A stretch of DNA of 56,342 bases, the filler included, from Mitosporidium daphniae (lineage: Eukaryota): assembly GCF_000760515.2 (NCBI RefSeq). It is 2 parts of 2 records of this genome, joined end to end, with 100 filler letters (N's around TTAATTAATTAA, not from the genome) between each part and the next. Parts side by side here need not be neighbours in the genome. Positions count along the whole stretch, not along the records: positions 28,349 to 56,342 come from NW_013546162.1; 1 more part is not named here. The stretch is one strand, 5' to 3'. This document shows, piece after piece, positions 45,567-56,342 of the stretch. Position numbers and translations under genes: made by a program. The notes under the pieces were generated by a model, which was not told the DNA's origin, ran no database searches, and saw nothing but the letters and a program-made list of their open reading frames with translations. Every line of letters begins with the position of its first letter. Positions within the stretch are counted from its first letter, which is position 1.

Positions 45567-45755
45567 TTATGAAAGTTCAAATCCAAATGAACGCATGCAT
45601 GCAATATGGGCTTCAATGATATCCCTGCATGAAGTTTCGCCATCTTGGTGGGCCATCATGCATTCATCTCTCGCTTTTCGAGTTTCTTTGCAAACGCAAC
45701 AAGGCTTTACGGGCGTCATGGATTCAGAGTTCGAGGAAACAGGGCATGACTCCAT
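45567..45755 (-). CDS. COX17: Cytochrome c oxidase copper chaperone Cox17
   Basis: KPCCVCKETRKARDEC...CRDIIEAHIACMRSFGF. Confidence 0.95.
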   Translation of the reverse strand: MESCPVSSNSESMTPVKPCCVCKETRKARDECMMAHQDGETSCRDIIEAHIACMRSFGFELS

Positions 45756-45845
45756 AGGGTCAAGAATTCGAATTTATAAAAATTGCACCCTCTCCTCCCC
45801 CCAATTATTCATTTATTTGTCGTCAGCCCCAAAATTATTGGTGGT

Positions 45846-47554
45846 TTATTTGAGCTTTCGGTACAAAAGAGCGGTACCAAGTATTCCGGCAATTCCGCAG
45901 GACACTGAAACCGCCAAGATATTGTCTTTAAAAAGGCTTCCAAACCAATCCAATGCCTTTCCGCGCGACGCCACAGAAATATCTTTTGCATGGGCAACAA
46001 AAAGTGTGATCGGAGCATCAATGGATGCCCCGGAGCTCGATCCCAGTATCATTTCGATAAGAGAAACCAGGTCGTCGTCATTAAAAATGGGTACAAGATC
46101 ATTCTCGCTGTCTTTGAATGATATTGAAAACGGCTCGTCAAGGCAAAGCTTTTCTTTGACGGCCAAAACCAATGCCGAGTGAAGCGGCTGCTGAATGTGG
46201 ACATAAACAACATTGCTGCCATTGCGGACTTTGAAGGACCATCTATTGCCCTTTGAAATTTTGGAGCTGGCATTGGTTTCTAGCGACGTGACGCTGGCAG
46301 TATCATCTTCCGTGAACTCATCCTGAATGTGAGGCGAAGAATTGTCTGTAACGCATGAAGATGGGGCCGAAAAAAACCCTTCAAAATCAATCTCCTTTTT
46401 CATCTACAAATAAAACAGTGCGAAACAAAGATACCTTTCCAATGACATGGATGCAAATATCCAAAATGTCAATCAGGGATGAATGGCCATCCTCCTTGAT
46501 CACAGGTAGATGCAAGTATTTTCCTGCATACATTTTCTCTAATGCCAATAATAAGGAAGAATCTAAAGAGATGGTTTCTGGATTTGGCGTCATCACGCGG
46601 GTAAGGGTCGTCCTCAAAGGATCCAGCTTGCATGAGATTACGCGGCGAACAATGTCCTTTGATGTGAAGATGCCGATAAGAGATCCCGATTCATCCAATA
46701 CCAAAACAGCTGTGCTTGACGCTGCTTTCATTGTGATGGCTGCGCTTCTAATCGTTGTCTTTAGCAAGCACGAGGCAGACGTGTTCAAAAGTGATGAGGC
46801 AAAGATACCGGCAACTTCTGGGGTGGAGAGCTGCTTTTTGAGCAGCTGAGTAAAGCCCATCAACTGCTCAGTGCCTATCGTCGTTATGGACATGCAAAAT
46901 ACCAGCATAATGGTGGTCCTGGGTGACATGCCCAACTGCAGAAGTCAGGCTACGAGTTAGCTCTTCCGATTTGCGTAATTTCTCAATGGCACCTCGCATT
47001 GCAAGCGTAATATCCAACACGCCCTCGATTTCTCCAAACGCCGAAACAACAGGCAAGTGGCGAAAGTGCTTATCAGTCATGATTTGAAGCGCATCATTCA
47101 TCGAGGTGCCCGACTGTATGGTAATTGGGTTGGGGGTCATTATGGAGGAAATCAGCACGATTGCTGGGTCGAGCCCTTCTGCAATCACTTTGTAAGCAAT
47201 GTCTTTGTCGGTGACAATTCCAATCAAAACAGAGGGCACCGTCGTCTGCACATCTTCGACAACTAGAAGCGAAGAGGCCCGCAGTGATGCCATTTTCTGG
47301 CATGCCTGTAAAACTGTGCTTGTGTGCGGAACGATAACAGATGGCTCCAGCGCATCTGCCCTGGTGATGGAAGACGCATTGCTTGCAAAGCCTTTTGAAG
47401 CGAATTTCTGAGGTGCCTGGGACGCCCGGTTTGCCGGCATTCCCTTTTTTGCGCCCTGAGAGGGCGCGAAATCGGAGGGTGAAGCAAGGCTTGTCTTGCG
47501 GCGATTGCCGAGCAGATCGACTGGCTCTCTCGCTGACCCCGCTGTGCTTGTCAT
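45846..47554 (-). CDS. CBS-pair x2 + PB1 domain protein with C-terminal TM (Mug70/CBSCBSPB-like); two small introns
   Basis: GIVTDKDIAYKVIAEG...IMTPNP; FRHLPVV; GIFTSKDIVRRVI; YLHLPV; PB1 ISFKDSENDLV; hydrophobic tail. Confidence 0.88.
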
Positions 47555-47661
47555 TTGGCAGATAAATATTGCCCCAATTTCGCTCCCAATTAAACATGTA
47601 ATTTTACTTTCACATTAAAGTCAACAATTCCAAACTGCGGATTGCTGCACATTTGGCCCAA

Positions 47662-47988
47662 ATGCCGCATTCGGTCTCGCAAGACGACACCGAAGCAATA
47701 TCCCTGGTGCGCGGCCCCGCAAAGCTGGACGGGTTTCTCAAAGCCTTGGTGCTATTGGGCGTGGTGGGCACCGGATTTTCAATATTCCAAATGTCTATTT
47801 ATTTGAAAAAGGGCAACAACGTAAAGCTCGATTTGTGGCAAAAGATGCGGTTGGTCGGCCAAGGCCTCACCATCAGCACAATCACAGCAGGCGTGTTTGG
47901 ACCGATGCTATATGACCAGGTTTTGCTTTACTCCAGCATTCGACGCCATGCTTTGGCCCAACCGCCGCTGCCAAATAAAGTGCAGTAA
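47662..47988 (+). CDS. HIG1-domain respiratory supercomplex factor (Rcf1/HIGD-like)
   Basis: Two TM segments with KKGN...QKMRLVGQGLTI. Confidence 0.72.
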   Translation: MPHSVSQDDTEAISLVRGPAKLDGFLKALVLLGVVGTGFSIFQMSIYLKKGNNVKLDLWQKMRLVGQGLTISTITAGVFGPMLYDQVLLYSSIRRHALAQPPLPNKVQ

Positions 47989-48170
47989 ACTTTAGCACCG
48001 GCCACGCCTGCTAACTTTAATGTTTGGCATCTGATCTGATGTGATCTGATATTTGTCGCGAAGCTGATTAATGGCCCGGCAAAATGTCTTAATCGGGACA
48101 TCAAATCTTCCAAATCTAATTTTCAATTGCGACCGGGCGTGCATCACCTTTGTCTGAAACCAACACCCAC

Positions 48171-49778
48171 ATGACGATTAACGAGGAATTTTTAGGAAGA
48201 GATTCCGGAATCGAAAGCCGCAATGTTTATCGCAATGCATCGCCCGCTGTCTTGTATGAAGAGGCCCTCACACACGAGTCCGGTACATTTATTACATCTA
48301 CCGGAGCACTTGTTACAAGTTCAGGCTCAAAAACGGGTCGCTCGCCTTCTGATAAACGCATTGTAAAGGAGTCCAGTACGCAGGATGACATTTGGTGGGG
48401 CCCCGTCAACACAGCCATGAGCGAGCATGTTTTTGACATCAACAGAGAAAGAGCGGTCGATTATTTGAACACAAGGACTCGCCTGTTTGTCTTTGATGGG
48501 TTTGCCGGGTGGGATCCCAAATATCGCATAAAAATTCGTGTAATTTGCTCCAGCGCCTATCATGCGCTATTTATGCGGAATATGCTGATTCGCCCAACAA
48601 ATGAAGAGCTGTCCCGATTTGGCAAACCCGATTTTACAATTTTCAATGCCGGCGAGTTTCCTGCAAACAAATTTACGGAGGGCATGACTTCAAATACCTC
48701 CATCGCAATCAACTTCAAGGCCAGGGAAATGGTTGTTTTGGGCACACGATATGCCGGTGAAATGAAAAAAGGCGTTTTCACCGTAATGCACTACTTGATG
48801 CCCAAGGCGGGGGTTCTTTCACTTCACTCCTCTGCAAATGAGGGAAATGATCCGTCGGACGTGACGCTCTTTTTTGGATTATCTGGAACCGGAAAAACCA
48901 CGCTATCTGCCGACATTAATCGCCGCCTTATCGGCGATGATGAACATTGTTGGAGTGACAATGGGATCTTCAACATTGAGGGCGGCTGCTACGCCAAGTG
49001 CATCGATCTATGCCGCGAAAAGGAGCCGGAGATCTTTGATGCGGTGCGGTTTGGAAGTGTGCTTGAAAATGTCGTTTTGGACCCGCATTCGCGAGTCGTT
49101 AACTATGGAGATAAAAGCTTCACCGAAAATACAAGATGCGCCTATCCCATTGAGTATATCCCCAATTCCAAGATCCCATGCATCGCTGGGCATCCGAAAA
49201 ATCTTATTTTACTCACATGCGATGCTTTTGGGGTGCTTCCCCCGGTCTCTAAACTGACCTCAACTCAGGCAATGTACCACTTTATTTCCGGCTACACGGC
49301 AAAGATTCCAGGAACGGAGCAAGGAATCTCCTTGCCGACACCAATATTTTCTGCCTGTTTTGGCCAGCCATTCTTGGCTTGGCATCCCGTCAAATATGCC
49401 AAAATGCTTTCAGAAAAGATGAGCAGGCACAATGCTGACGCCTGGCTTATAAACACCGGATGGTCTCAAGGGCCATATGGCATCGGGAAGAGAATACCGT
49501 TGGCCTGTTCTCGTGCAATCATTGACGCCATCCATTCGGGAGAGCTGTCCAAGCAAAAATACACCACATATCCCGTTTTCAACCTCCAAATTCCTACCGG
49601 TGTCTCCAAGGTGCCTTGTGACATACTTGACCCCCGAAAAGTGTGGTCCAAAGCCAATCCGATCAATGTCGATGAGGCCATTGTAAATGTTGCCAAACTG
49701 TTTGCCGATAACTTTTCCAAATATGCCCAAGATGCCGGCGATGAGATCCGTGCAGCTGGGCCAGTGATTTCGGCATAA
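48171..49778 (+). CDS. PCK1: Phosphoenolpyruvate carboxykinase (ATP)
   Basis: [58 protein letters not shown]. Confidence 0.97.
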   Translation: MTINEEFLGRDSGIESRNVYRNASPAVLYEEALTHESGTFITSTGALVTSSGSKTGRSPSDKRIVKESSTQDDIWWGPVNTAMSEHVFDINRERAVDYLNTRTRLFVFDGFAGWDPKYRIKIRVICSSAYHALFMRNMLIRPTNEELSRFGKPDFTIFNAGEFPANKFTEGMTSNTSIAINFKAREMVVLGTRYAGEMKKGVFTVMHYLMPKAGVLSLHSSANEGNDPSDVTLFFGLSGTGKTTLSADINRRLIGDDEHCWSDNGIFNIEGGCYAKCIDLCREKEPEIFDAVRFGSVLENVVLDPHSRVVNYGDKSFTENTRCAYPIEYIPNSKIPCIAGHPKNLILLTCDAFGVLPPVSKLTSTQAMYHFISGYTAKIPGTEQGISLPTPIFSACFGQPFLAWHPVKYAKMLSEKMSRHNADAWLINTGWSQGPYGIGKRIPLACSRAIIDAIHSGELSKQKYTTYPVFNLQIPTGVSKVPCDILDPRKVWSKANPINVDEAIVNVAKLFADNFSKYAQDAGDEIRAAGPVISA

Positions 49779-49829
49779 AAGAAGAATAAACACCGCAACA
49801 CGCTTGCGAATAGCCAAAACATTAATTTA

Positions 49830-50988
49830 TTAAAAATCCAGCTGTATCACCAGCGAGGGACGGCAAACGGTGATTTTTGGGAACGTGCAGATCATCGAAA
49901 CGGTCAAAAAGTCCAAAACAGAGGAAATCTTATATACAAAGGAGGTGCCTGCACATTCAGAATAGCATGCACAAAGGTAGGAGGATGGCGGAGGCGATGC
50001 ACTCTCGTTTACATTCGGTGGTTGCGCTACGCAATGCGTTAGTGCTTGTCATCGATACCTGATTTGCATATTTCGACTCCGGTTGCAAAGTTTGACTCCA
50101 AGCTGTGCACGTTAAAGTCAAACCTTGAAGACAGCTTGAGGTTTTTTAAGCGTGGCAGAGGGATCCCGGTCGAGTATGTAGACGATAGATGTCCCAGAAA
50201 CGGATTGCACGCGACAATTAGGCTCGAATTGGAGTCCACAATGGCTCTCAGAACAGTGCCCACTTGCAAATAAGGTAACGTTAAAAATACCTCCGCCAAT
50301 TTGGTCTTTCATTGAAAAGTATGCCTCGCCACCCATTGAGAACTCAACCGAGCTGTATTTCTTAAAATGGAAAACACCCCTGATGCCGCCAATATGGCTT
50401 CCAGAGTTGTCGTATTGAAAAGAAGCCTCGGAATATATTGGAAGGCCGAAGGGTTCATTGATGTTGAAAAAGGATTGAATGGTGGAGAGCTCTTTTTTGG
50501 AAAAATTTAACGATGTATTAACTTGCAACAAAACTTTCGGGTTGATCAGAAGCAGGCTCTTGGTATTTACTTTGCAAAGCGCTTTGGAGGAGGACAGTGC
50601 AAACGCCCACTTTGGAAATGCCGGAAAGAACCCTAAAATCTGAAAAAAGCCAAAAAACGCGGTACCCTTTGCAGAGGATTGCTGGTGGTGTGCGACAAAT
50701 GCGACGCAGAATTGATATTCGACGTGGTCAGCAAAAAGGACGGACAAAGAGACGGAAGCAACGTAAATTGCAGCAAGGATCGGGGCGCTATGGATGCAGT
50801 GGAGACTTTTACACACAATGGGGAAGATGGAACCTGAAAGTCATATAGACCTAGAATGCGTAAATAGCGCTAGCCTCACTTTTGGACTCTGTACACAATG
50901 CCAAATAGAGCTTGTTGTTATGGATTGAAGAGAACGGTTTCAGTTCAGGGGCCGCCGAATACAAAAAGTTATCCAGGACAAAATCCAT
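49830..50988 (-). CDS. MDM10: Mitochondrial outer-membrane beta-barrel Mdm10 (ERMES/SAM), divergent, multi-exon
   Basis: FSMGGEAYFS...GG; CNPFLGHLSSTYS; LSSRFDFNVHSLESNFATGVEI resemble conserved Mdm10 blocks (NPLMG.LSSTY; SRFDFNVYS.ES). Confidence 0.72.
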
Positions 50989-51072
50989 CGTCACCGGTAA
51001 GTAAAGTTAAAATTAAAATCCAACTGGCGCTGCCGCAGCGATAAACAATTAAAAAGTTCAATTTATTGGGAA

Positions 51073-51558
51073 TTAGTAAGATCTTTCATGGCCTTCATAA
51101 GATGATGATCGGCCGGCTCCGTTTGAAGAAGATCTTTCATGAGAATAGGGTCTTGGCTGGTCGCTGGGCGTTCGCGGGGTGCGGCTTTCATAGTCACCGC
51201 CACGACGGCGACGATCTCCACCATTAAATCTGTCTGATCTCTCACCACCAAATCGGTCGGATCTTTCACGGAAAGAACCGCCACTTCCACCAAAGGACTT
51301 TCCACGGGAAGATCTTTCGCCTGCAAAGTCGACTCTTATTTTGCGGCCATCAAGGTCTTGGTTGTTGGTTTTCTCAACGGCATCACGAGCCTCATCAGTG
51401 TTGCTCAACGTAACGAACCCAAATCCACGCGAGCGATTTGAATCTCTATCAAGAATCACCTCGGCATCGGTTACCTCGCCAAATTGTTCGAAATGAGAAC
51501 GCAGAGACTCATTGTCTGTCTTCCAGGCAAGTCCGCCAACAAAAAGCTTCGTAGCCAT
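51073..51558 (-). CDS. Glycine/arginine-rich single-RRM RNA-binding protein
   Basis: MATKLFVGGL (RNP2); RSRGFGFVT (RNP1); LDGRKIRVD; G/R/S tail. Confidence 0.92.
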   Translation of the reverse strand: MATKLFVGGLAWKTDNESLRSHFEQFGEVTDAEVILDRDSNRSRGFGFVTLSNTDEARDAVEKTNNQDLDGRKIRVDFAGERSSRGKSFGGSGGSFRERSDRFGGERSDRFNGGDRRRRGGDYESRTPRTPSDQPRPYSHERSSSNGAGRSSSYEGHERSY

Positions 51559-51664
51559 AAAAATATTAATTACAACAGTGGTGCCCCTTGGTTTATAATG
51601 CGATGTGATTCGCATTAAAGCATTTTTAAATTTTTGTTTTATTTCCTGCTCAACTTTAAAATAT

Positions 51665-51807
51665 AGTGCATTAATACGGTGCATTGACAAAGTGCATTAA
51701 TACGCTGCATTGACAAAGTGCATTAATACGCGGCATTAATAGAGGGCATCAATACGCTGCATTAACAGAGGGCATCAATACGCTGCATTAACAGAGGGCA
51801 TCAATAG
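51665..51807. repeat. 26-bp tandem repeat (dimer of 13-mers) x5.5
   Basis: AGTGCATTAATACGSTGCATTGACAA grading into AGGGCATCAATACGCTGCATTAACAG. Confidence 0.9.
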
Positions 51808-51876
51808 AGTGGCACAGGCAGTACATGTTGCAGTACATTACATGGATGCAGACTAAAGTTTAGCGATAAAATCTGA

Positions 51877-52515
51877 TCAAATGTAAAGCCGCCTTATTTT
51901 TCTAACATGGGATCTTTGGCGACAAAGGGGGCAAAGAGGCTGCCGCTCCATCGCAGCCAGCAAGCAGGCCATGCAAAAAACATGACCACATTCTGTTGCT
52001 GCAGGCTCTACCAACACATCCATGCAAATTCTGCACTGTGGATTGTCTGAATGTTGCCCGTGGCCGCGGGGCGGAGATTTTGTCAAGTCTTCAACAATTC
52101 GCTCATCGGTGAGATCAAACATGGTATGGATATCTGAATCATGAAATGCTTTTTTGGTGTTTCTTCCGATTGAAGCAGGCAAAATCGATAGTTCGCCCAT
52201 ATCAGATTGATCGGTCAAAAATGTTATCTCTGGATTTCTTCTGTCAGCATTAGGTCGTTGAGACCTTCTGTGATTTGACCTGCTTGAGCTTTCTAACTGG
52301 TCATTTGAAGTGGATGTCTCTGAATGGCTTAGGATCTCTAATACCTCCGGTTCAGAGCCACCACCGCCATCTTCACCATTGGCGCCATCATCGCTCTCAT
52401 CAGAAAAAATATACACAATATTTTCCTTCAACGAGGCCGTGTTGAAGGCCTTGAACTCCCGTGCGATAGAACTGGTGAGCACGGCATTTTGTTTTCCTGC
52501 AGTGTCATCTGTCAT
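51877..52515 (-). CDS. RING E3 ligase with SIM-like motifs (RNF4/Slx8-like STUbL)
   Basis: C-terminal C3HC4 CRIC...CGHVFCMAC...CPLCR...RLYI; acidic-flanked hydrophobic motifs IVYIFSDESDD, FDLTDE and VEDLT. Confidence 0.8.
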   Translation of the reverse strand: MTDDTAGKQNAVLTSSIAREFKAFNTASLKENIVYIFSDESDDGANGEDGGGGSEPEVLEILSHSETSTSNDQLESSSRSNHRRSQRPNADRRNPEITFLTDQSDMGELSILPASIGRNTKKAFHDSDIHTMFDLTDERIVEDLTKSPPRGHGQHSDNPQCRICMDVLVEPAATECGHVFCMACLLAAMERQPLCPLCRQRSHVRKIRRLYI

Positions 52516-52587
52516 GCCAGAATTAAAGCCCTCTACAAGATGATAAAATTTAAATTTTAATTTTCTTAAACATTCGCTTCATAATTT

Positions 52588-53331
52588 CTAAATCTCATCC
52601 GAGTCGGAAATTAGCGACGACACCGAGCTAATATCATCTTCATCTGACACCAAACGCCGATTGCATTCGATTTCGGAGCCTTTGTCATTTCCGGCACCTG
52701 GAAAGGGGCTCAGTTTGTCGTTTGCTGGGTACATATCTGGCCTGGCATATTTTTTTATATACTCTGGAACAGTTAGCAGAGCGAAGCGCACCTTTTACTT
52801 GGTTTTCATATTTGATAGAGTCCCGGAGCAATAGTGCAGCGGCTTCCCCGTTAAGAGGATCCGAAGGATTTGGGTATCGAAGCAACTGTGGAAGGAAAAC
52901 ATCGAAAATATTTATCATTCCTAAAATAAAAGAAACACGCCAGTACCAAACATGGGGCTCCACGTTTGGTTGATCACGTCCAGACAGACGGTTCCACTTC
53001 TACAAAATAGGTTACCATACCGTACATTTCATCGATATTTGGATGAAAGATTCTGTTGACAAATCCGATCGAAGGGCTTTTGTACGGATATTGGTCTGGT
53101 ATTTCGACCCGGACCTTCCATATGCCAGACTCAAAGGGCGCTTGAAAATGACATGCAAAATATCTCCTACTCTCGCTTGGGCCGCTGAATTTTACATGGA
53201 ATTCTTGCACATTATTGTTAATCAATTCTATTTCGTAATTGCTCATCATCCTATTGCAGTTGGTGAGAACGAGCCGGATCTTACAGCTTCATCACATCAG
53301 CCTCGATTCTTTTCCTGAATGTATTCCTCAT
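52588..53331 (-). CDS. UBC8: Ubiquitin-conjugating enzyme Ubc8/UBE2H, multi-exon
   Basis: [61 protein letters not shown]. Confidence 0.93.
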
Positions 53332-53494
53332 CCACAGTGTCGGAAAGCTAAGAAAATGTTAATGCAGCATTCCGAAGTTTAATTGATAAAATTGCTATGA
53401 GATGACAACCAATCAACAGGTTCTGCACAATCTATCCTTTCAACAATTGCAATGTTGCAGATTTAAAATTTTGTTTTCATCTCAACTTGACCGC

Positions 53495-54361
53495 ATGGTG
53501 GACGTTACCATTGTGGCTGCGTTGTGTGCCAAAACCGGCGCAATTGGGTTTCAAAATAAGCTTCCCTGGCGTGATCGTTTGAACATTGATATGGCATTTT
53601 TCAGATTTGTTACCACAGTTCCTTGGTCTCTTTCGTGCGCCGCCGATGGCCATCATGCTAGGGCCCCAAAAGAGGCTGCCCCATCAACGGCGCCTTTGGA
53701 GCCGTACTGTGCCACCAATCGCTGGAGAGGCATCTTTGACACCGATGCTTGCTTTCCCCATATTGAGTGCACATTGGCGTTCGAAAATCTCACTTGCCCT
53801 CCGAACCCAAACAATGCAATAATAATGGGCCGTAAAACGGCAGACTCAATCCCAGTTGCGCTGCCTTTACCCGGGCGTGTAAATGTTGTGTTGTCAAAAA
53901 GCCTTAATGATAGCGAAAATTGTCACGTGCCCGATTCTTCTATTTCCAAAGACCATAACGGCATATTATATTGCAAAGACATCCAATCCGTTTGTCGGGA
54001 TCTATCTCGAATAACGGCATTGTCGAACATCTTGGTGATTGGAGGCTCCGAAATTTACTCTCAATTTCTCAAACTTGGCCTTGTAGATCATTTGCTTCTT
54101 ACTTTTGTATCCCTACAAACGCCAAGCTCTTTCAAGGGGGCTGATGTCTTTTTCCCATCAATTCCAGCAAACTACCGGTTCGTTGCAAACATAAGCTATC
54201 AAGCTGCAAACGCCTTGTTGGAGTGGATTGGAACCCCACAAGATACAAAGCGTTTGTTGAGACACCAAATAGATACTGGCCTCATTCTGAAATCAGGCTC
54301 AATCAAAGAGTCTAGTGGCCATTTGCTGAACATTCTTTGGTTTCAAAAAATGCGTTGCTGA
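53495..54361 (+). CDS. DFR1: Dihydrofolate reductase with long insertion
   Basis: IVAA...GAIGFQNKLPW...DMAFFRFVTT; NAIIMGRKT; PLPGRVNVVLS; VIGGSEIY; ADVFFP. Confidence 0.9.
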   Translation: MVDVTIVAALCAKTGAIGFQNKLPWRDRLNIDMAFFRFVTTVPWSLSCAADGHHARAPKEAAPSTAPLEPYCATNRWRGIFDTDACFPHIECTLAFENLTCPPNPNNAIIMGRKTADSIPVALPLPGRVNVVLSKSLNDSENCHVPDSSISKDHNGILYCKDIQSVCRDLSRITALSNILVIGGSEIYSQFLKLGLVDHLLLTFVSLQTPSSFKGADVFFPSIPANYRFVANISYQAANALLEWIGTPQDTKRLLRHQIDTGLILKSGSIKESSGHLLNILWFQKMRC

Positions 54362-54521
54362 CAACCTGCGGTTTCCCAGGGAGTGAGTATCTAATTTAAA
54401 CACGGTTTTTATTGGCTAAAGCACTATATTCTCAATTGGGGAGTTCAACTTATCCGGCCAATTAAATAAATTTAAAACCGACCTATTAAAATTAAAATAC
54501 ACGATGGTTTTTTATCTTTAA

Positions 54522-56078
54522 ATGGCATCTTTGCCGTTTTCCATTTCTAATAGAAACCGTGCGAAAATAGCACAGGTAACGGAGGAATTTGGGGCCGAAT
54601 ATCTGAAAAGCAATCTTTCTAGCAATATAAAAGAAATACCTGGGATTAGCAATCGGATCATGACAGATTTTGTCATGCCTGGTTCGTCTGCTCGCACAAT
54701 GTTCCAACCAACTGTTCAATTCGGTAATTCCTACTTTAATTTTGGCTTTATCAAATCATTGTTTGGCTCTTTTGTTTTTGCAAACAAATCTGAACTTCAT
54801 GTTCCGCTTGCAGGCATCAAGGCTGCAAACATGGGAGGATTTCATGACGTGAATGGCCACCAAAACGCCTCCTCAAAGCTGCATAGCTTTTTGAAAGGCC
54901 CTTTTATTAAAAGAATTCTGTTTTTATCCTTCATTTTCACGTTTATCTTCTACATGCTTATGCTCGTCTTTATCTACCCGCCTTATCGGTATCAAATGAC
55001 TTCAACTTCTCTCGAATTGTGCAACCACGAATGCAGCAATAAAAACAGCACTCTAGGGTCTTTTAACGGCAGTTTTTTGGCTTTAGATAGAAAAAACGAA
55101 TTTTTATTAGAGTTCTATGCTTCAAATATAGAGGAACATCGTGAAAGTGCTGCTGATGATTCCATGAAAGTCTCTAGCTCTGTCACGCCGCATTACAGCG
55201 CGGTTTCATATAGACCATCTTTTTCGGTGTCTTTTTTCGATCCGAGCAATATGCTTAATAATTTTCACTCAACATCTCCTTTTTGTAATACATTGGTTTT
55301 CCAGTGTATGCACCTGCTACAATCAACGCCGACCATCAACATTTTGTATTTATGTGAATTGTTTCGTCTGGTGAAGGAAAAGGTCTCTGTATTGTTTCCA
55401 TTTTCATACCTCAGTTTTGATTCGTCCTCTGTATCCTGCTTTTCTTCATTCCCGCCATTTTATAGAATTGAGCAATGGTTCTCGACATTTTGGGATGATC
55501 CAGATGACCCAGAAGATCCTCCATTCGAGATCGTCTTTTCACTTCCCATATTGGGCCTGGTACGCCTATCATTTGATGTTGCAGAATTAGATCAGCTCGT
55601 GATAGGAAACCCGTTTTTTTCAGAACAAAAGGGTAAACAGACATCAATTTTGTCTCTTTCGAGGCTGTTTGCGTCTGCCACTGTAAATGTAAATTTGTCG
55701 ACCAGGCTTTTTGAACGGTCCTTGGCCTCCATTAGATGTCTCGTTCAAAACGCCACACTTTTCCTTTTACAACCCACCGATTGTAAACTTCCTGTTTTTG
55801 ACATATTGATCCCGGATTTTAGAATCGAAAGCTTGACCTCATTTGAGGCAACTAGGGGCATTTTCAATGCCGTACTAAATCGGTACCAGTATGTTTTGAC
55901 AGAAAGAACGCAAAAGGTGCTTTCTCGAAGACTTAATAGGTCTCTTAGAGTGGCTACCAAGAAAATTTCACGGGCAATCAGCCTAGGATCTTTTTTAGAG
56001 TTTATCGTTAGCGTTTGTTTGAGGCATCCTTTGAAGTTTTGCGCAGAAAATATCAAGCTCTTTTTGAAAGGCAAATAA
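54522..56078 (+). CDS. Hypothetical membrane-anchored protein
   Basis: 518-aa ORF with one strong TM segment (ILFLSFIFTFIFYMLMLVFIY); no family recognised. Confidence 0.6.
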   Translation: MASLPFSISNRNRAKIAQVTEEFGAEYLKSNLSSNIKEIPGISNRIMTDFVMPGSSARTMFQPTVQFGNSYFNFGFIKSLFGSFVFANKSELHVPLAGIKAANMGGFHDVNGHQNASSKLHSFLKGPFIKRILFLSFIFTFIFYMLMLVFIYPPYRYQMTSTSLELCNHECSNKNSTLGSFNGSFLALDRKNEFLLEFYASNIEEHRESAADDSMKVSSSVTPHYSAVSYRPSFSVSFFDPSNMLNNFHSTSPFCNTLVFQCMHLLQSTPTINILYLCELFRLVKEKVSVLFPFSYLSFDSSSVSCFSSFPPFYRIEQWFSTFWDDPDDPEDPPFEIVFSLPILGLVRLSFDVAELDQLVIGNPFFSEQKGKQTSILSLSRLFASATVNVNLSTRLFERSLASIRCLVQNATLFLLQPTDCKLPVFDILIPDFRIESLTSFEATRGIFNAVLNRYQYVLTERTQKVLSRRLNRSLRVATKKISRAISLGSFLEFIVSVCLRHPLKFCAENIKLFLKGK

Positions 56079-56342
56079 ATAAAATATTTATCCATTTTGA
56101 AGGGGGGCTTCCCCCATGCAATGTCCGATGCGTAGTCGATAGATGGTGCTTTACTTGGCATCTAGTAACAAAAGTTGCATTTATTAAAGGATAGAAGGGC
56201 TGTGTAGCAGTAGACACGGACCGTATGGTGGGTTTATTCATTGGAATGGCATGCATGTGTTGCTTGTGTTTGTCTTTGTTTGGAATCATAGTTCTTGATT
56301 GCCTTATAGCTTTGGGAGCTCCATTAAAAACTTGTCCACAAG

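Noticed and set aside
45232..46182. 316-aa plus-strand ORF
   Set aside because: Mostly the antisense shadow of COX17 and the CBS/PB1 gene; no motif.
46868..46935. Apparent frameshifts in the CBS/PB1 gene and others (NAT1, PTPA, DBP9) suggesting pseudogenes or recoding
   Set aside because: Each is resolved by a small GT-AG intron.
51665..51807. CRISPR-like appearance of the tandem arrays (also 1099-1191 and 30556-30672)
   Set aside because: No unique spacers, no cas genes, eukaryotic context.
56053..56342. Minus-strand open frame at the window end
   Set aside because: Partial and without a recognisable motif; cannot be supported.

Overview
Gene-dense eukaryotic DNA from a compact, fungus-related genome. 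It holds about 33 protein-coding genes with short AT-rich intergenic spacers and many tiny (23-33 nt) GT-AG introns. Retained mitochondrial and respiratory genes (COX17, HIG1/RCF, MDM10, mS38) fit an early-diverging Rozellomycota or microsporidia-related lineage such as Mitosporidium; this is inference. The most notable signal is invisible in the ORF track. The apparently empty 5.9-6.9 kb spacer is a minus-strand non-coding host gene carrying six intronic box C/D snoRNAs, in the same order as the yeast snR78-77-76-75-74-73 cluster. At two junctions the introns abut directly (AG|GT, zero-nucleotide exon), and the same back-to-back mini-intron arrangement appears inside the protein-coding CCT7 gene. 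Other points of interest are an FG-less Nsp1/Nup62 with a GAG 3' splice site, reduced spliceosomal Cef1 and Brr2, a divergent Mdm10, a secreted C-type-lectin-like mucin, intergenic minisatellites and telobox motifs. An artificial N/TTAATTAATTAA linker at 28.25-28.35 kb joins two contigs.
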